Shown here piece after piece: positions 23,183-35,360 of a stretch of 64,000 bases of DNA; positions within the stretch are counted from its first letter, which is position 1; each line of letters starts with the position of its first letter. The notes beneath the pieces were generated by a model. That model saw only the letters and a program-made list of their open reading frames with translations, had not been told where the DNA came from and did no database searches. The DNA comes from Octopus sinensis (lineage: Eukaryota). Where the stretch lies: NCBI RefSeq assembly GCF_006345805.1, contig NC_043001.1, positions 125,674,001 through 125,738,000 of the forward strand, given 5' to 3'. A program made the position numbers and the translations under genes.

Positions 23183-24437
23183 TTAGATCATCCCATAAAT
23201 AATACAATTTATTTTAATACTTCTATTATTTTTCCAAATTAAGATAAGCAATGTTCTTTTTTTATCTAAAATATACTTTCCTTCATTATCTATTTGGTAG
23301 ACTTGTAAGGCTCCTCTTCCAAAATTCACTTGTCCATGAGAAACAATACTCCTCCAGTACTGTTCTGACCTCATCTACGGAATCCATATTTTTTCTGTCC
23401 AAATGATTTTGAAGACAGTGGAATAAATGATAAGCAGTTAGGGCAATGTCCGGCGAATATGGTGGCTGGGGAATTCAAACTGCTCCAGCCTTTGAAATGT
23501 CATCCTCGCTGCATGTGGCCAAGCTTTACCCTGATGGAAGAACACCTTTCATCTTGCAACCAAAGATGGTCATTTTTCTAGTGCTGACTTAAGCCACTGA
23601 AGCTGCTCACAGTAGATCTCCTTTGTTATCATTTGGTTTGGGTGTAAAATTTCAAAGTGGACTAAACCCTTCAAACAGATAACAACACCTTACGTGGGTG
23701 AAGACTTTCTTTAGCCTGGGATGCCAGTGTTTCTCCTTTCCCTACCCACTGTCTTCAGCACTTGACATATTTATTGGGGACCCATTTCTCATCACCAGTC
23801 ACTATTCAGTCCAGAAACGGTTCATTCATGAGACGTAACAGCAAAGAAGAGCACACATTCACTTCACTCTCTGCACATGATTAGACTCGGAAAGTTTGTG
23901 AGGAACCCATTGATCCAATTCACTGACTTTTCCGATGGCATGCAGGTGTGAATGAATGATTGAATGACCAAATCCAAGCTTCTCTGCTAGTTCCTCAACA
24001 GTTACGATGGGATTTTGTTCCACCAGGGTTTGCAGGACATCCTCGTTGAGCTCCCTGGATCTTCCATAGCAAGGCCCATCTTCTAGGTTGTAGTTTCCAG
24101 CTCGGTATTTCTGGAACCAATGTTGACACTGGCTTACATTTATTGTCTGATCCCCATATACTGCATTAATATTTCTCACACTTTCCATTGTGTTGTTGCC
24201 TTTATTGAACTCATAAAGCAAAATATGCCTAATATACTTCTTTGTCACTTCCATCATAGCTTAGAAAAAATAACTGTTGAAATCGAACTGCACTCTTCAA
24301 AACATGCACTAAGAATAAGTACAAGATAAAATTACTATCTTCTTTTATAGCAAGTTGATGCAGGTAGTTTATCCCATCCCTCTCTGACTTTTAGTTCATG
24401 CAATTAAAAAAATTGCATTATTTATGGGATGACCTAA
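23183..24437 (-). mobile_element. Full-length (1255 bp) decayed mariner transposon
   Basis: TIRs ttag(a/g)tcatcccataaataat at both ends, with flanking TA. Transposase N-terminus ORF 23859-24257 (WVPHKL), then VTGDEKW and PPYSPDIA in broken frames. Confidence 0.95.
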
Positions 24438-24459
24438 TAAATCATATGTATATGTATAT

Positions 24460-24493
<34 letters not shown>

Positions 24494-24522
24494 ACGGATG
24501 CTAAACGATGATGATGATGATG

Positions 24523-24570
<48 letters not shown>

Positions 24571-25459
24571 TACACACACACACATATATACACAGTGAGA
24601 GAGATGGAGGAGAGGGAGCAAGGGAAAGAGAGGGGAGATGGAGTGATGAGGAGAGAGGAAACAAGAATATAGAACATGTGATAGGTGGGGGGGTGAAAAG
24701 ATGGAGGTGCAGTGTGTGTGAGAGAGAGAGAGAGAGGGAGATTGGGAGGAGTGGAGAGGAGAGAGAGAGGAAATTGGCTGGAATAGTGCATGTAAAAGAG
24801 AGTAGAGATACTATAGTGAGAAAAGGTGGTGAGATGAATGTTAAAAAAAGAGAAGCACAATAGAAGGTTAGTTGGATAGCATGAAAGACAGGTGTGTGAT
24901 GGTGATGATAATGATGATGCTGATGATGATGATGACGACGACGACGACGACGATGATGATGATGATGATGAAGAATGAAAGAAGTGGAAGAAAGAGAAAG
25001 AGGTGGGGAAAAAGGAAGTATTCAATGAATGAAGGTTAAATAGTGTAAAAAACAAACTGCTGCTTCTGATCCTCAGGTGCTCTCTGATTGAGTAGACTTA
25101 TAATCATTCCAGCCATGACCATTCCATCGTTTTCCTATGTACAGGGAAGCCAAGAGCATGTTATCCAATGAAAATAAGGTTTGATTTGGGGGATGCTGTT
25201 CTGCTCTCGCTTGGCCCCTTGTGTCTGAGGTGGGTTTATATTATATGTGAAAGTAAGGAAGGAAATTGATTTTATTCACAGCTCTCAAATAGGAGAGATG
25301 AAGGGTTACAAGAACCTCCAAAACAACAGCTGAGATGTGGGGACTCTGATTCAGTGAGTGATTTAGAAATAAGCTAAACAAACCACAGCATAGGACCGCA
25401 AAATCCACTGCAATTTCAAAATAATTACAAGGTACATATCTTTTCTAGCAGCCTCTAAT

Positions 25460-25497
<38 letters not shown>

Positions 25498-25526
25498 GTA
25501 TGTGTGTGTGTGTGTGTATATGTACG

Positions 25527-25601
<75 letters not shown>

Positions 25602-25639
25602 ATGTATGTATGTATATGTATATATATATACACACACAT

Positions 25640-25672
<33 letters not shown>

Positions 25673-25686
25673 CATATATATATATG

Positions 25687-25718
<32 letters not shown>

Positions 25719-26004
25719 AGCTTGATTCCCAACCACATGGTTCTGCGTTCAGTCCCACTGCGTGGCACCTTGGACAAGTGCCTTCTTCTACAGACTCAAG
25801 CCAGCCAAAGCCCTGAGAGTGGATTGGTAGATGGAAACTAAAAGAAGCCCATTGTATATATGTATATATACATATCAATACGTATAGATACATACATGCA
25901 CACACATATATATGTAGATGTATACACACACAACCATGTGTGTGTGTATGTATGTGTGTGCATGCGTGTGTGTGTTACTGTCTCATTGCTTTAACATCAT
26001 ATGA

Positions 26005-26155
26005 TGTGTGGTAAGTAGCTTGCTTACCAACCACATGGTTCCGGGTTCAGTCCCACTGTGTGGCACCTTGGGCAAGTGTCTTCTACTATAGCCTTGGGCT
26101 GACCAAAGCTTTGTGAGTGGATTTGGTAGAGGGAAACTGAAAGAAGCCTGTCGTA

Positions 26156-26188
<33 letters not shown>

Positions 26189-26410
26189 TTTACGTGTGTG
26201 TTTGTGTCTGTGTTTGTCCCCCACCCCAACATTGCTTGACAACCAATGCTGGTGTGTTTATGTCCCCGTTACTTAGCGGTTCAGCAAAAGAGACCAATAG
26301 AATAAGTGCTAGGCTTTCAAAGAATAAGCCATGGGGTCGATTTGCTTGACTAAAGGTGGTGCTCCAGCATGGCCGCAGTCAAATGACTGAAACAAATAAA
26401 ATAGTAAAAG
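26005..26410 (+). mobile_element. tRNA-derived SINE family B
   Basis: Matches the family B consensus seen at 19250. Confidence 0.85.
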
Positions 26411-27385
26411 ACTAAAGAGTGAAAATATATCTGATCATGGGGAAATATCACCTTACTTAAAAACAAGTGAACTTTGACATCTAGAAAGGCATCCAGCTAT
26501 AGAAAATCTGCCGCAACAATTTCTGCCTAAGCCATGCCAGGAAAAAGTGTTAAAATAATGATGAGGACAATGATGATGATAGACATAAAAAGATTTTTAG
26601 GGACTCACCAAGTTTTACCCTTTAGCATTTAAACCGGCCATATGTTCTGAGTTTAAATTCCGCCGACTCCGACTTTGCCTTTCATCCTTTCGAGGTCGAT
26701 AAATTAAGTACCAGTTACGCACTGGGCTTCGATGTAATCGACTTAATCCGTTTGTCTGTCCTTGTTTGTCCTCTGTGTTTAGCCCCTTGTGGGTAGTAAA
26801 GAAATACATATCTGGCCAAAATATTCTACTTGCTTTATGTTTAGACCAGCCAGATCCAGCCTTTCATACCAACCCTACAATGTCATTCTAAAAGTAGACA
26901 ATCACATCATTGCAATCTCAACGCTAAAAGATAATGCATGATTTAGTCAAAACAATCATCATCATCATCATCATCATCCTTTAACAGCCATTTCCCATGC
27001 TGGCATGGGTTGAACAGTTTGACCAGAGCTAACATACCAGAGAACTACACCAGATTCCAGTTTAATTTGGCTTGGTTTCTACAGCTTTATGCCCTTCCTA
27101 ATACCAACCACTTTACCATGTATGCTGGGTGCTTACACCATGCACCAGCATGATAATGTAACACTGGCACAATGTGAATAAATAAGCATTACATTTGACA
27201 GAGTAATCTGAATGCTAAAGGGTCACATCCAGCACTTCTTGAGTGGATATGTGCAGAGAAATATTGGTAGGTTTGTATTGTTTATTCTATATGTAACACT
27301 TGAGTGGTACTGTTATCACAGACAGCTATGTGAACTGGTAGCAGACAATCACATGACTTGAAGAGTGATGGTATTGCTAAGAAAG

Positions 27386-27616
27386 GCGGCGAGCTGGCAG
27401 AATCGTTAGCACGCCGGGCGAAATGCATAGCGGTATTTCGTCTGTCACTACGTTCTGAGTTCAAATTCCGCCGAGGTTGACTTTGCCTTTCATCCTTTCG
27501 GGGTCGATTAAATAAGTACCAGTTACGCACTGGGGTCGATATAATTGACTTAATCCATTTGACTGTCCTTGTTTGTCCTCTCTGTGTTTAGCCCCTCGTG
27601 GGTAGTAAAGAAACAG
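27386..27616 (+). mobile_element. SINE family A
   Basis: Head ggcggcgagctggcagaa plus body as at 729. Confidence 0.82.
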
Positions 27617-27894
27617 GTATTGCTAAGAAAGAACATGGGAGTTATCATTGACTCTGATGAAAATAATGTAATTTGTGAAAGCACATGGCCTAGTGGTTAG
27701 AGTGTTGCCCTCGAGACTGCTAGATTATGGGTTCATTTCTCTGACTGGGCGATACATTGTGTTCTTGAGCAAAACACTTCATTTCACATTGCTCCATTCC
27801 CTCTTTCAATCAGTGGGGAATGTTAAAATGGCAACTGTCGAGTTGCATTTTCATCTCAGAGAAGAGATAGAAATCTGCAGGTGCTAAATCTGGC

Positions 27895-28530
27895 AAATAG
27901 GGTGGGTGCAGAAGCAATACCATGTTGTTTTTGGTGAGAAAGTCATGAGTGAGGAGAGCTCAGTGATAGCGTGCATTGTCATTGTGAAGAATTCAATTCT
28001 TTGCACTCAACAAATTCAGTTGCTTTTGCCAAATGTCCTCCCTCAAATGTTTCTAAACATCATAGTAGAACTCTCAATTGATGGTCTGGCCCTGTGGAAT
28101 GAATTCTCAATGCACAATACCCCATTCCCAGGGGTGACCCTTGTGGCAGGTCTTCCAGATCGCTCATTGTCTTCCAGGAACATTTTTGCTGATTTTGAAG
28201 TAGCCATGCCACTCAAAACATTGCATACAACCCATTGCCTCATTGCCATAAGCTTGCTGAAGCACACTCAATGTCTTTATAGCAGACTTCCCAAGTTTGA
28301 CACAAAATTTCACATTGGCTCTTTGTTCCTGTCCATGACAAAATTGCAGACTACAGTATACACGTGATCACTAAAACACAAATTTCACATCTTATGAAGT
28401 AAACACAGCAATGTAACTCAGCACACTGCTTCATGAAGGTCACTGCTAGCTTTCATTGTGCTCGCAACTATGTGCTGCCATTTGTTGGTGTACAACAAAA
28501 CTAGTCTGTGAACTTTTTGATACCACCACA
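27895..28530 (-). mobile_element. Internally deleted mariner remnant (second family)
   Basis: ERSGRPAT motif and a degenerate ..HPP/PTL region. TIR-like end tgtggtggtatcaaaaagttc with TA at 28531-28532. Confidence 0.7.
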
Positions 28531-28581
28531 TACTTCAAAAAATTCTGTGTGACCCAAGCAAGGTGAGGAAAAAATTGAATG

Positions 28582-28584
<3 letters not shown>

Positions 28585-28612
<28 letters not shown>

Positions 28613-29165
28613 GGAGGAGGAGGAGGAAGAAGTGGAGGAGGAGGAAGAGGAAAAGGAAAAGGAGGAAGAAGATGAGGAGGAGATAGAGGAGGAAGAGGAA
28701 GAGGTAGAGGAAAAGGAGGAAGAGGAGGAGGAGGAGGAAAAGGAAAAGGAGGAAGAAGATGAGGAGGAGATAGAGGAGGAAGAGGAAGAGGTAGAGGAAA
28801 AGGAGGAAGAGGAGGAGGAGGAGGAAAAGGAAAAGGAGGAAGAGGAGGAGGAGGAAGAAGAAGAGGAGATAGAAAAGGAGGAGGAAGAGGAGGAGGAGGA
28901 AGAAGAAGAGGAGACAGAAAAGGAGGAGGAGGAAGAAGAAGAGGAGACAGAAAAGGAGGAGAAAGAGGAGGAGATAGAAGAGGAGGAGATAGAAGAAGAG
29001 GAAATAGAGGAGGAGAAGATAGAGGAGGAGGAAATAGAGGAGGAGGAGTAAGAGGAGATAGAGGAGGAGGGGAGGGGGAGTAAGAGGAGGAAGAAGAAGA
29101 GGAGATAGAGGAGGAGGAGGAGAAGGAGGGGAGGTGGAAGAGGAGGAGATGGAAGAGGAGAACAA
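28585..29165. repeat. Polypurine (GAG/GAA) tract with an 87-bp internal unit repeated ~2.3 times
   Basis: gaaaaggaaaagg starts at 28650, 28737 and 28824. Confidence 0.9.
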
Positions 29166-29663
29166 TGGGACAATGACGATGATGGTGATATTCCAAGATT
29201 TGAAATATCTTGATTGCACTCTCATTAGGCTCCATTTCAAGATTAAACCAATTTAACACAATCAACATCAACATAGAACAATACCGTTTTTTTGTCATGT
29301 AAAATAATTTCACTTTTCATTTTCAGAATAATTTTGCATTAATTTTATTGAATATTTTTGTCAGGAAAAAAATTTCTAACAACTTTTTAACTATTTAAAT
29401 TGTACAAATTGACTTGCTTAAACTTAATCTTTTTTTTTTCCTACTCATTAACCAATATAGTAAACCGCACTGCACCCATGCATTTTTGTTAATTATATTG
29501 ACTTCAGTAACTATTTCAATCTTGTATTTAATTTATTCAACAGCTAAGTCATGGAATATAAAGGGATACAACACTGGTGTTAGCAAAAGATGGAGGAGAG
29601 GGAGCAAGGGAAAGAGAGAGGAGATGGAGTGATGAGGTTTCAAATTTTGGCACAAGGCCAGCA

Positions 29664-30198
29664 GTTTGGTGGGATTACAAAGGTGTTGTGTATTTTGTGC
29701 TGCTTCCAAAGAACCAAACAATCCATTCAGATGTTTACTGTCAACAACTAATGAAACTGGAGGATGCAATCAAAGAAAAACGGCCAGAATTGGCATATCA
29801 TAAAGGAATCGTGTTCCACCATGAAAATGCTAGACCACATACATCTTTGCTAACCCATGAAAAATTATTGGAGCTTGGTTGGGAAACGATGTCACATTCA
29901 TCATATAACCCTGACCTTGCACCATCAGAATTCCATTTGTTTCAAAATTTGCAAAATTCTTTGAATGGCAAAACTTTCAATAATGATGATGACCTGAAAT
30001 CGCACTTGCCTCAGTTTATGGCTGATAAGGACCAGAAGTTCTATGAGCGCGGAACCATGAAGTTTCCAGAAAGATGGCAAAAGGTCAATGAACAAAATGG
30101 AAAATATATAAATTGATTAAAGTTCATTCTTTGTATTAAAAAGAAAATGACTTTTATTTCACACTAAAAAAACCGAAATTACTTTCTTGCCAACCCAA
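29664..30198 (+). mobile_element. Mariner 3' half (third family)
   Basis: VWWDYKGVVYF...HHENARPH...YNPDLAPSEFHLF...ERWQKV. TIR-like ttactttcttgccaacccaa followed by TA. Confidence 0.92.
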
Positions 30199-30632
30199 TA
30201 TATCATCATCATTGTTTAGCGTCCACTTTCCATGCAAGCATGGGTTGGACGGTTCAACTGGGGTCTGGGAAGCTAGAAGGCTGCACCAGGCCCAGTCTGA
30301 TCTGGCAATGTTTCTACGGCTGGATGCCCTTCCTAACGCCAACCACTCCATGAGTGTAGTGGATGCTTTTTATGTGCCAGACGAGGCTGGCAAACGGCCA
30401 CAATCGGATGGTGCTTTTTACGTGCCACTGGCACGGAGGGCAGTCGGGGTGGCGCTGGCAATGGCCACGTTCGGATGGTTCTCTTACATGCCACCGGCAC
30501 TGGTATCACAGCTACAATTTCCATTGATGTTGATCGATTTTGATTTTGATATATATATGTGTTAATTGTTAACAAGGGAAAAATACACACATCTATTTAT
30601 ATATATATATATATATAATATATATATATATA

Positions 30633-30792
30633 CTTTATTTCAAAGCAGCAGAAAATTCAGCAAAACCTGTTACTCTGAGTTCCGCGTTCCTGTTCGTCGG
30701 ACAGTTTTTGATAGCAAAAACTGTCCGACGAACGGGAACGTGAAACTCGGAGTAACAGGTTTTGTTGAATTTTCTGCTGCTTTGAAATAAAG
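30633..30792. repeat. 78-bp-arm fold-back (4-nt loop), probably an inverted Penelope-like pLTR junction
   Basis: 30633-30710 pairs with 30715-30792, with about five mismatches that are mostly G.U-compatible. Confidence 0.9.
30721..30758 (+). ncRNA. Minimal hammerhead-like fold (U4C core)
   Basis: CUGU-CCGACGA-ACG[GGAA]CGU-GAAA-CUC[G]GAG-UA-ACAG. Confidence 0.5.
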
Positions 30793-30861
30793 CATATTAC
30801 TCTACCTCTGGTATTTGAGTACTCTTTTTTCCACCTTGTTTCACATTTATGTATTGACTCC

Positions 30862-30890
<29 letters not shown>

Positions 30891-30907
<17 letters not shown>

Positions 30908-31370
30908 TATGTGTATGTACATGTGTGTATTATTGTATTTGTAGCCACCACCACTTGTTGACAACCAGTGTTGGTTCGCTTACATCCCCATAACTTAGCA
31001 GTTCAGCATGGAGATTGACATAATAATTACCAGGCTTTAAAAAATAAGTACTGTGGTCAATTTGTTTGACTGAAACAAATAAAAGATAAAAGATTAAAGA
31101 TTTAAGGTTTAATACTTTATAATTCACTATATATATATAAAATTATATATGTGTATGTACATGTGTGTATTATTGTATTTGTAGCCACCACCACTTGTTG
31201 ACAACCAGTGTTGGTTCGCTTACATCCCCATAACTTAGCAGTTCAGCATGGAGATTGACATAATAATTACCAGGCTTTAAAAAATAAGTACTGTGGTCAA
31301 TTTGTTTGACTGAAACAAATAAAAGATAAAAGATTAAAGATTTAAGGTTTAATACTTTATAATTCACTTA
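30891..31370. repeat. 240-bp tandem duplication of a SINE remnant downstream of the IQCK stop
   Basis: Identical 65-aa ORFs at 30930 and 31170. Confidence 0.92.
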
Positions 31371-31550
31371 TATATATAAATGCCTCAAACTGTTATTTTT
31401 CCACAACCACCACTGTTATCATTATGCTTACATTATATCCACATCCTTTGTATGAAATGAACGTTACACATTCCATCAAAGAAATGATGTACAATGTCTC
31501 CCACCCGCCAAAAACTTCATTCATTTCTGTCGTATGATGTTTCCTCCAAG

Positions 31551-31718
31551 TTATTGAATAATGGTGGAGGAAATATTTTCGTCACTGTCTATTGCAGAAT
31601 GATAGTTAGGCATTCTCTTGTTCCAAAATTCATTAACTTGTAGCCGTATTCCTCTGTTCTCTTCTTTCCAGTCCCACTGCCATCGTCGTAGTTCTTGAAT
31701 TTCAGGCTGACAGCGTAC
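31551..31718 (-). CDS. IQCK: IQCK-like terminal coding exon
   Basis: Acceptor ccacctgccacag. VRCQPEIQELRRWQWDWKEENRGIRLQVNEFWNKRMP...IIQ then TAA (IQCK: VRCDPEIQELRQWQKKLRE). Confidence 0.93.
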   Translation of the reverse strand, partial: VRCQPEIQELRRWQWDWKEENRGIRLQVNEFWNKRMPNYHSAIDSDENISSTIIQ

Positions 31719-31862
31719 CTGTGGCAGGTGGAAATATAAATGAAATAGATATATTGTCATTTTTTAAAAAACTGCTACGTATTGAGATCTTCTCTACATT
31801 ATGAGTTCTTAAGCATAAACGACAAAAATCCATAATCAGTGAAATCTATAATTATCAAACGC

Positions 31863-32270
31863 GTCATTGCCAGTGCCACCTGACTGGCTCCCCATGCTGG
31901 TGACACATAAAAAGCACCATTCGAGTGTGGTCATTACCAGTGCCGCCTGACTGGCTCCCCATGCTGGTGACACATAAAAAGCACCATTCGAGTGTGGTCA
32001 TTACCAGTACCGCCTGGCTGGCTCCCCATGCTGGTGACACATAAAAAGCACCATTCAAGCGTGGTCATTACCAGTGCCGCCTGACTGGCTCCCCATGCTG
32101 GTGACACATAAAAAGCACCATTCAAGCGTGGTCATTACCAGTGTCACCTGACTGGCTCCCCATGCTGGTGGCACATAAAAAGCACCATTCAAGCGTGGTC
32201 GTTGCCAGTGCTGTCTGACTGGCTCCTCATGCTAGTGGTACACAAAAAGCACCATTCAAGTGTAGTTGAC
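31863..32270. repeat. Six copies of a 67-bp unit derived from RTE 3'-UTR modules
   Basis: gtcatt(g/a)ccag starts at 31863, 31930, 31997, 32064 and 32131, with a diverged copy at 32198. Contains aaaagcaccattc as in RTE tails. Confidence 0.9.
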
Positions 32271-33490
32271 GCCAGTACAGGGTGCAGAAGTATCCGAAAT
32301 ATAACATCTGAAATTCTTTTCTATTCCATGCACAAGACCCGAAATTTGGGGGGAAGGGGCCAGTCAATTAGATTGACCCCAGTATGCAACTAGTACTTAA
32401 TTTATTGTCCTAAAAAGGATGAAAGGAAAAGTCGATCTCAGTGGAATTTGAACTCAGAACACGAAGACAGACGAAATACTGCTAAGCATTTCACCCAGTG
32501 TGTTAACATTTCTGCCAGCTCGTCGCCTTATAACCTCTGATATTGCCTGATATTTGTCATGATAGCATTAGCCAGCAAAGTGTCATCTAATGAAGATACT
32601 AACTAAATGGTGTAATTAGTTCATAATAGCAAATCATTTAGCAACGGTACCAGTCTAAGAGGAGTGTGAGAGTTAAGAAGAGCAACGAGCATTGAAGTCA
32701 CTGACAATAATGACAACAGAGGTGTGGATATGAGATAATCAAAGATCTTTTCATTGTTTGAAAGTGTTTGAAGAAAGATGGAAGCAGCAGAGGAATTTAG
32801 AGGAATGATACTTTGAGCCAAGGTAAATGAAAGTCTTTGTGGCTGACATCCAGATGAAAGAAGCGTGTGGAGAAGAGAGATGGAATATAGAATGCACCAC
32901 AGCAGAAGAGCTGAACCAGATGCAGAGGATGAAAGAATTATGATTTGTGATTTAGGTGTTAGTTGGCTCAATGTTGGACTAAAATCCATGGATGCTGATG
33001 TAGAGAAATGAAAACTATCAAACTGGTTGATATTTGAGCAGAGTGAAAGTATTAGTACTTACCATAAAAAATATGTAACACTATATCCTCTTGGAAATAA
33101 TATAACTTGACAAACTAAATATAAAAGTATGATAACATTTTAAATGATAGAAAGAACTCTGAAACTTTTATATAAATCTTGTTCAAATATAACCTTGACT
33201 GAAAATATATTTCTTGTGCTGGTTTTAGTCATTAGACTGCAGCCATGCTACCTTGAAGAATTTTTGTTGAAAGAAATACTGGATTGTTGCTATCGACCTT
33301 AGTACTTATTTCACTCTGGAATTCATTTTATTAATGCCTATTTGTCAAACCACTAAGTAAAAGAAGATACAATATAAATGACACTGACTTCTGAGACTAG
33401 AGTAAACACATACACTGTCATACACCAAACATACACACGCATAAATATTCACGTTCAAACACCACACACACACACACGAACGTGTGTGTA

Positions 33491-33538
<48 letters not shown>

Positions 33539-33554
33539 ATCCAAACATGAAAAC

Positions 33555-33743
33555 ACAAAGAGAAAACACAACAACGCGAGGACGTGGAACAAATATAGTA
33601 TTATTGGATGCTCAGGAAGGAAGTATTATTGGACGCTCTTCATCGGAAACATAGGAGAAGGAAAGATCCAGAGAAGGGAAGACAGAGGAAAAAATATCGC
33701 CAGTAGTACACACGTGGTCACATTTTGAATGCATATATATATG

Positions 33744-33790
<47 letters not shown>

Positions 33791-34412
33791 ACATCATCAT
33801 CATCATTATCATCATCCTTTAATATCTGTTTTCCATGATGGCATGGGTTGGATGGTTAGACAAGAGCTGGCAAGCCAGAGGGCTGTGCCAAGCTCTATTT
33901 TCCATTTTGGCATGGTTTTTATGACTGGATATTCTACCTAACACCAACAGGGTTACAGAGTGTGCTGGGTGCTTTTTGCATGGCACTGACAGGGTCACCG
34001 AGTGACTTGCAAGATAAGACAAAATCCCTTCAACTGGAGTAATATTGAGGGAAGTGGCTGTGTACAAATTGATGAGAAGTTAACAGAATAATAGTGGGTA
34101 GAGATAGGTACCTCACTATAAGAGGAGATACAAGGACACTCCAGTTGGGAACAGAAGGGGAGAAAGAGAAACTTAGAGGGAAAGATAGAGATGGATAGAG
34201 TGAGAGAGAAGGTGTATGTGTGTATATATAAATGTGACCGCGTGTGTACCGTTGGCAATTTTTTTCCTCCGTCTTCCATTCTCTGGATCTTTCCTTTTCC
34301 TATGTTTCTGACGAAGAGCTCCGCTCAAAACGTAAAACTCTCCTTCTTCCCTTCCTTCCTGAGCATCCAATAATACTATATTTGTTCCACGTCCTCGCGT
34401 TGTGTTATTACT
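33555..34412. mobile_element. Inverted pair of Penelope-like pLTR remnants (33555-33725 minus; 34210-34412 plus) around TA and RTE-tail filler
   Basis: The two segments are reverse complements. The plus copy has a hammerhead fold at 34304-34338. Confidence 0.65.
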
Positions 34413-35039
34413 TCACTTTACCTCAGCAGAAGGGTCGTGTATTGAGAGTTACTTGATAACATCATTACTGCTGGTGCCACAAAAAAAGCATCCAGTACAC
34501 TCTGTAAAATGGTTGGCTTTAGAAAGGGCCTCTAGCAGTAGAAACTATGCCAAAGTTCTTCTGAACTTAAGACTTAACTGAAGCTAGACTGAAACCAGAC
34601 TGAAATCTGGACTGAATTCCAAATTGAAATGGAACCAAATGAAACCAAACTATCACTCTATCTCTGTCTGTCTGTCTGTCTGTCTCTGTCTATCTATCTA
34701 TCTATCTATTTATATGATGGATTCTCTTGTAGTGAACAACAGATGAGGGTTCACGAAAATAAAGTGGTAATCATGTTCTATGGACATGCATGTGTCTCTT
34801 GAGGTCTGCTGGTGCCTTGCAAACGTTTTGGTAAATGGAACAACATTAGGACACTATTTGCATGAGTGCTTGTGGATCATTTACTCAGTGTTTTCTTGAG
34901 TGGACAGCAAGACTTATTTTGCCCTGTACCACAAAACCACAATGACAGCTAAAGTTTTCATTTAGGGGAGCGGTGTTTTACCAACGTGCCTCTATGCTAG
35001 TATGAAGTTGGTTCCGATGTTGGAGTCGACTTTGCTCAA

Positions 35040-35360
35040 TCTATTCCATCATCATCATCGTCATTTAACATCCATTGTCCATGCTGGCATTGGTTGGATG
35101 GTTTGACCAGGGCTGGTAAACTGAAAGGCTGCACTAGGCTCCAGTCTGATTCGGCATGGTTTTCTATGGCTGAATGCCCTTTCTAATACCAACCACTCTG
35201 AAAGTGTAATGGGTGATTTTATGTGTCACCAGCACGAGTGCCATTTGCATGGCACCAGTATCTGCCACAACCCCGTGATTTTTCTTGGCTTGATGGGTCT
35301 TCTCAAGTACAACATAATGCCAAAGGTCTCAATCATTGCCTCCATGAGACCCAACACTCA
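35040..35360 (-). mobile_element. RTE 3' end fragment abutting the minisatellite
   Basis: (CAT)n tail and RTE 3' UTR as at 10352-10560. Confidence 0.75.

Noticed and set aside
28446-29313. Glu-, Ser-, Pro- and Leu-rich ORFs of 162-270 aa
   Set aside because: Translations of a polypurine microsatellite in four frames.
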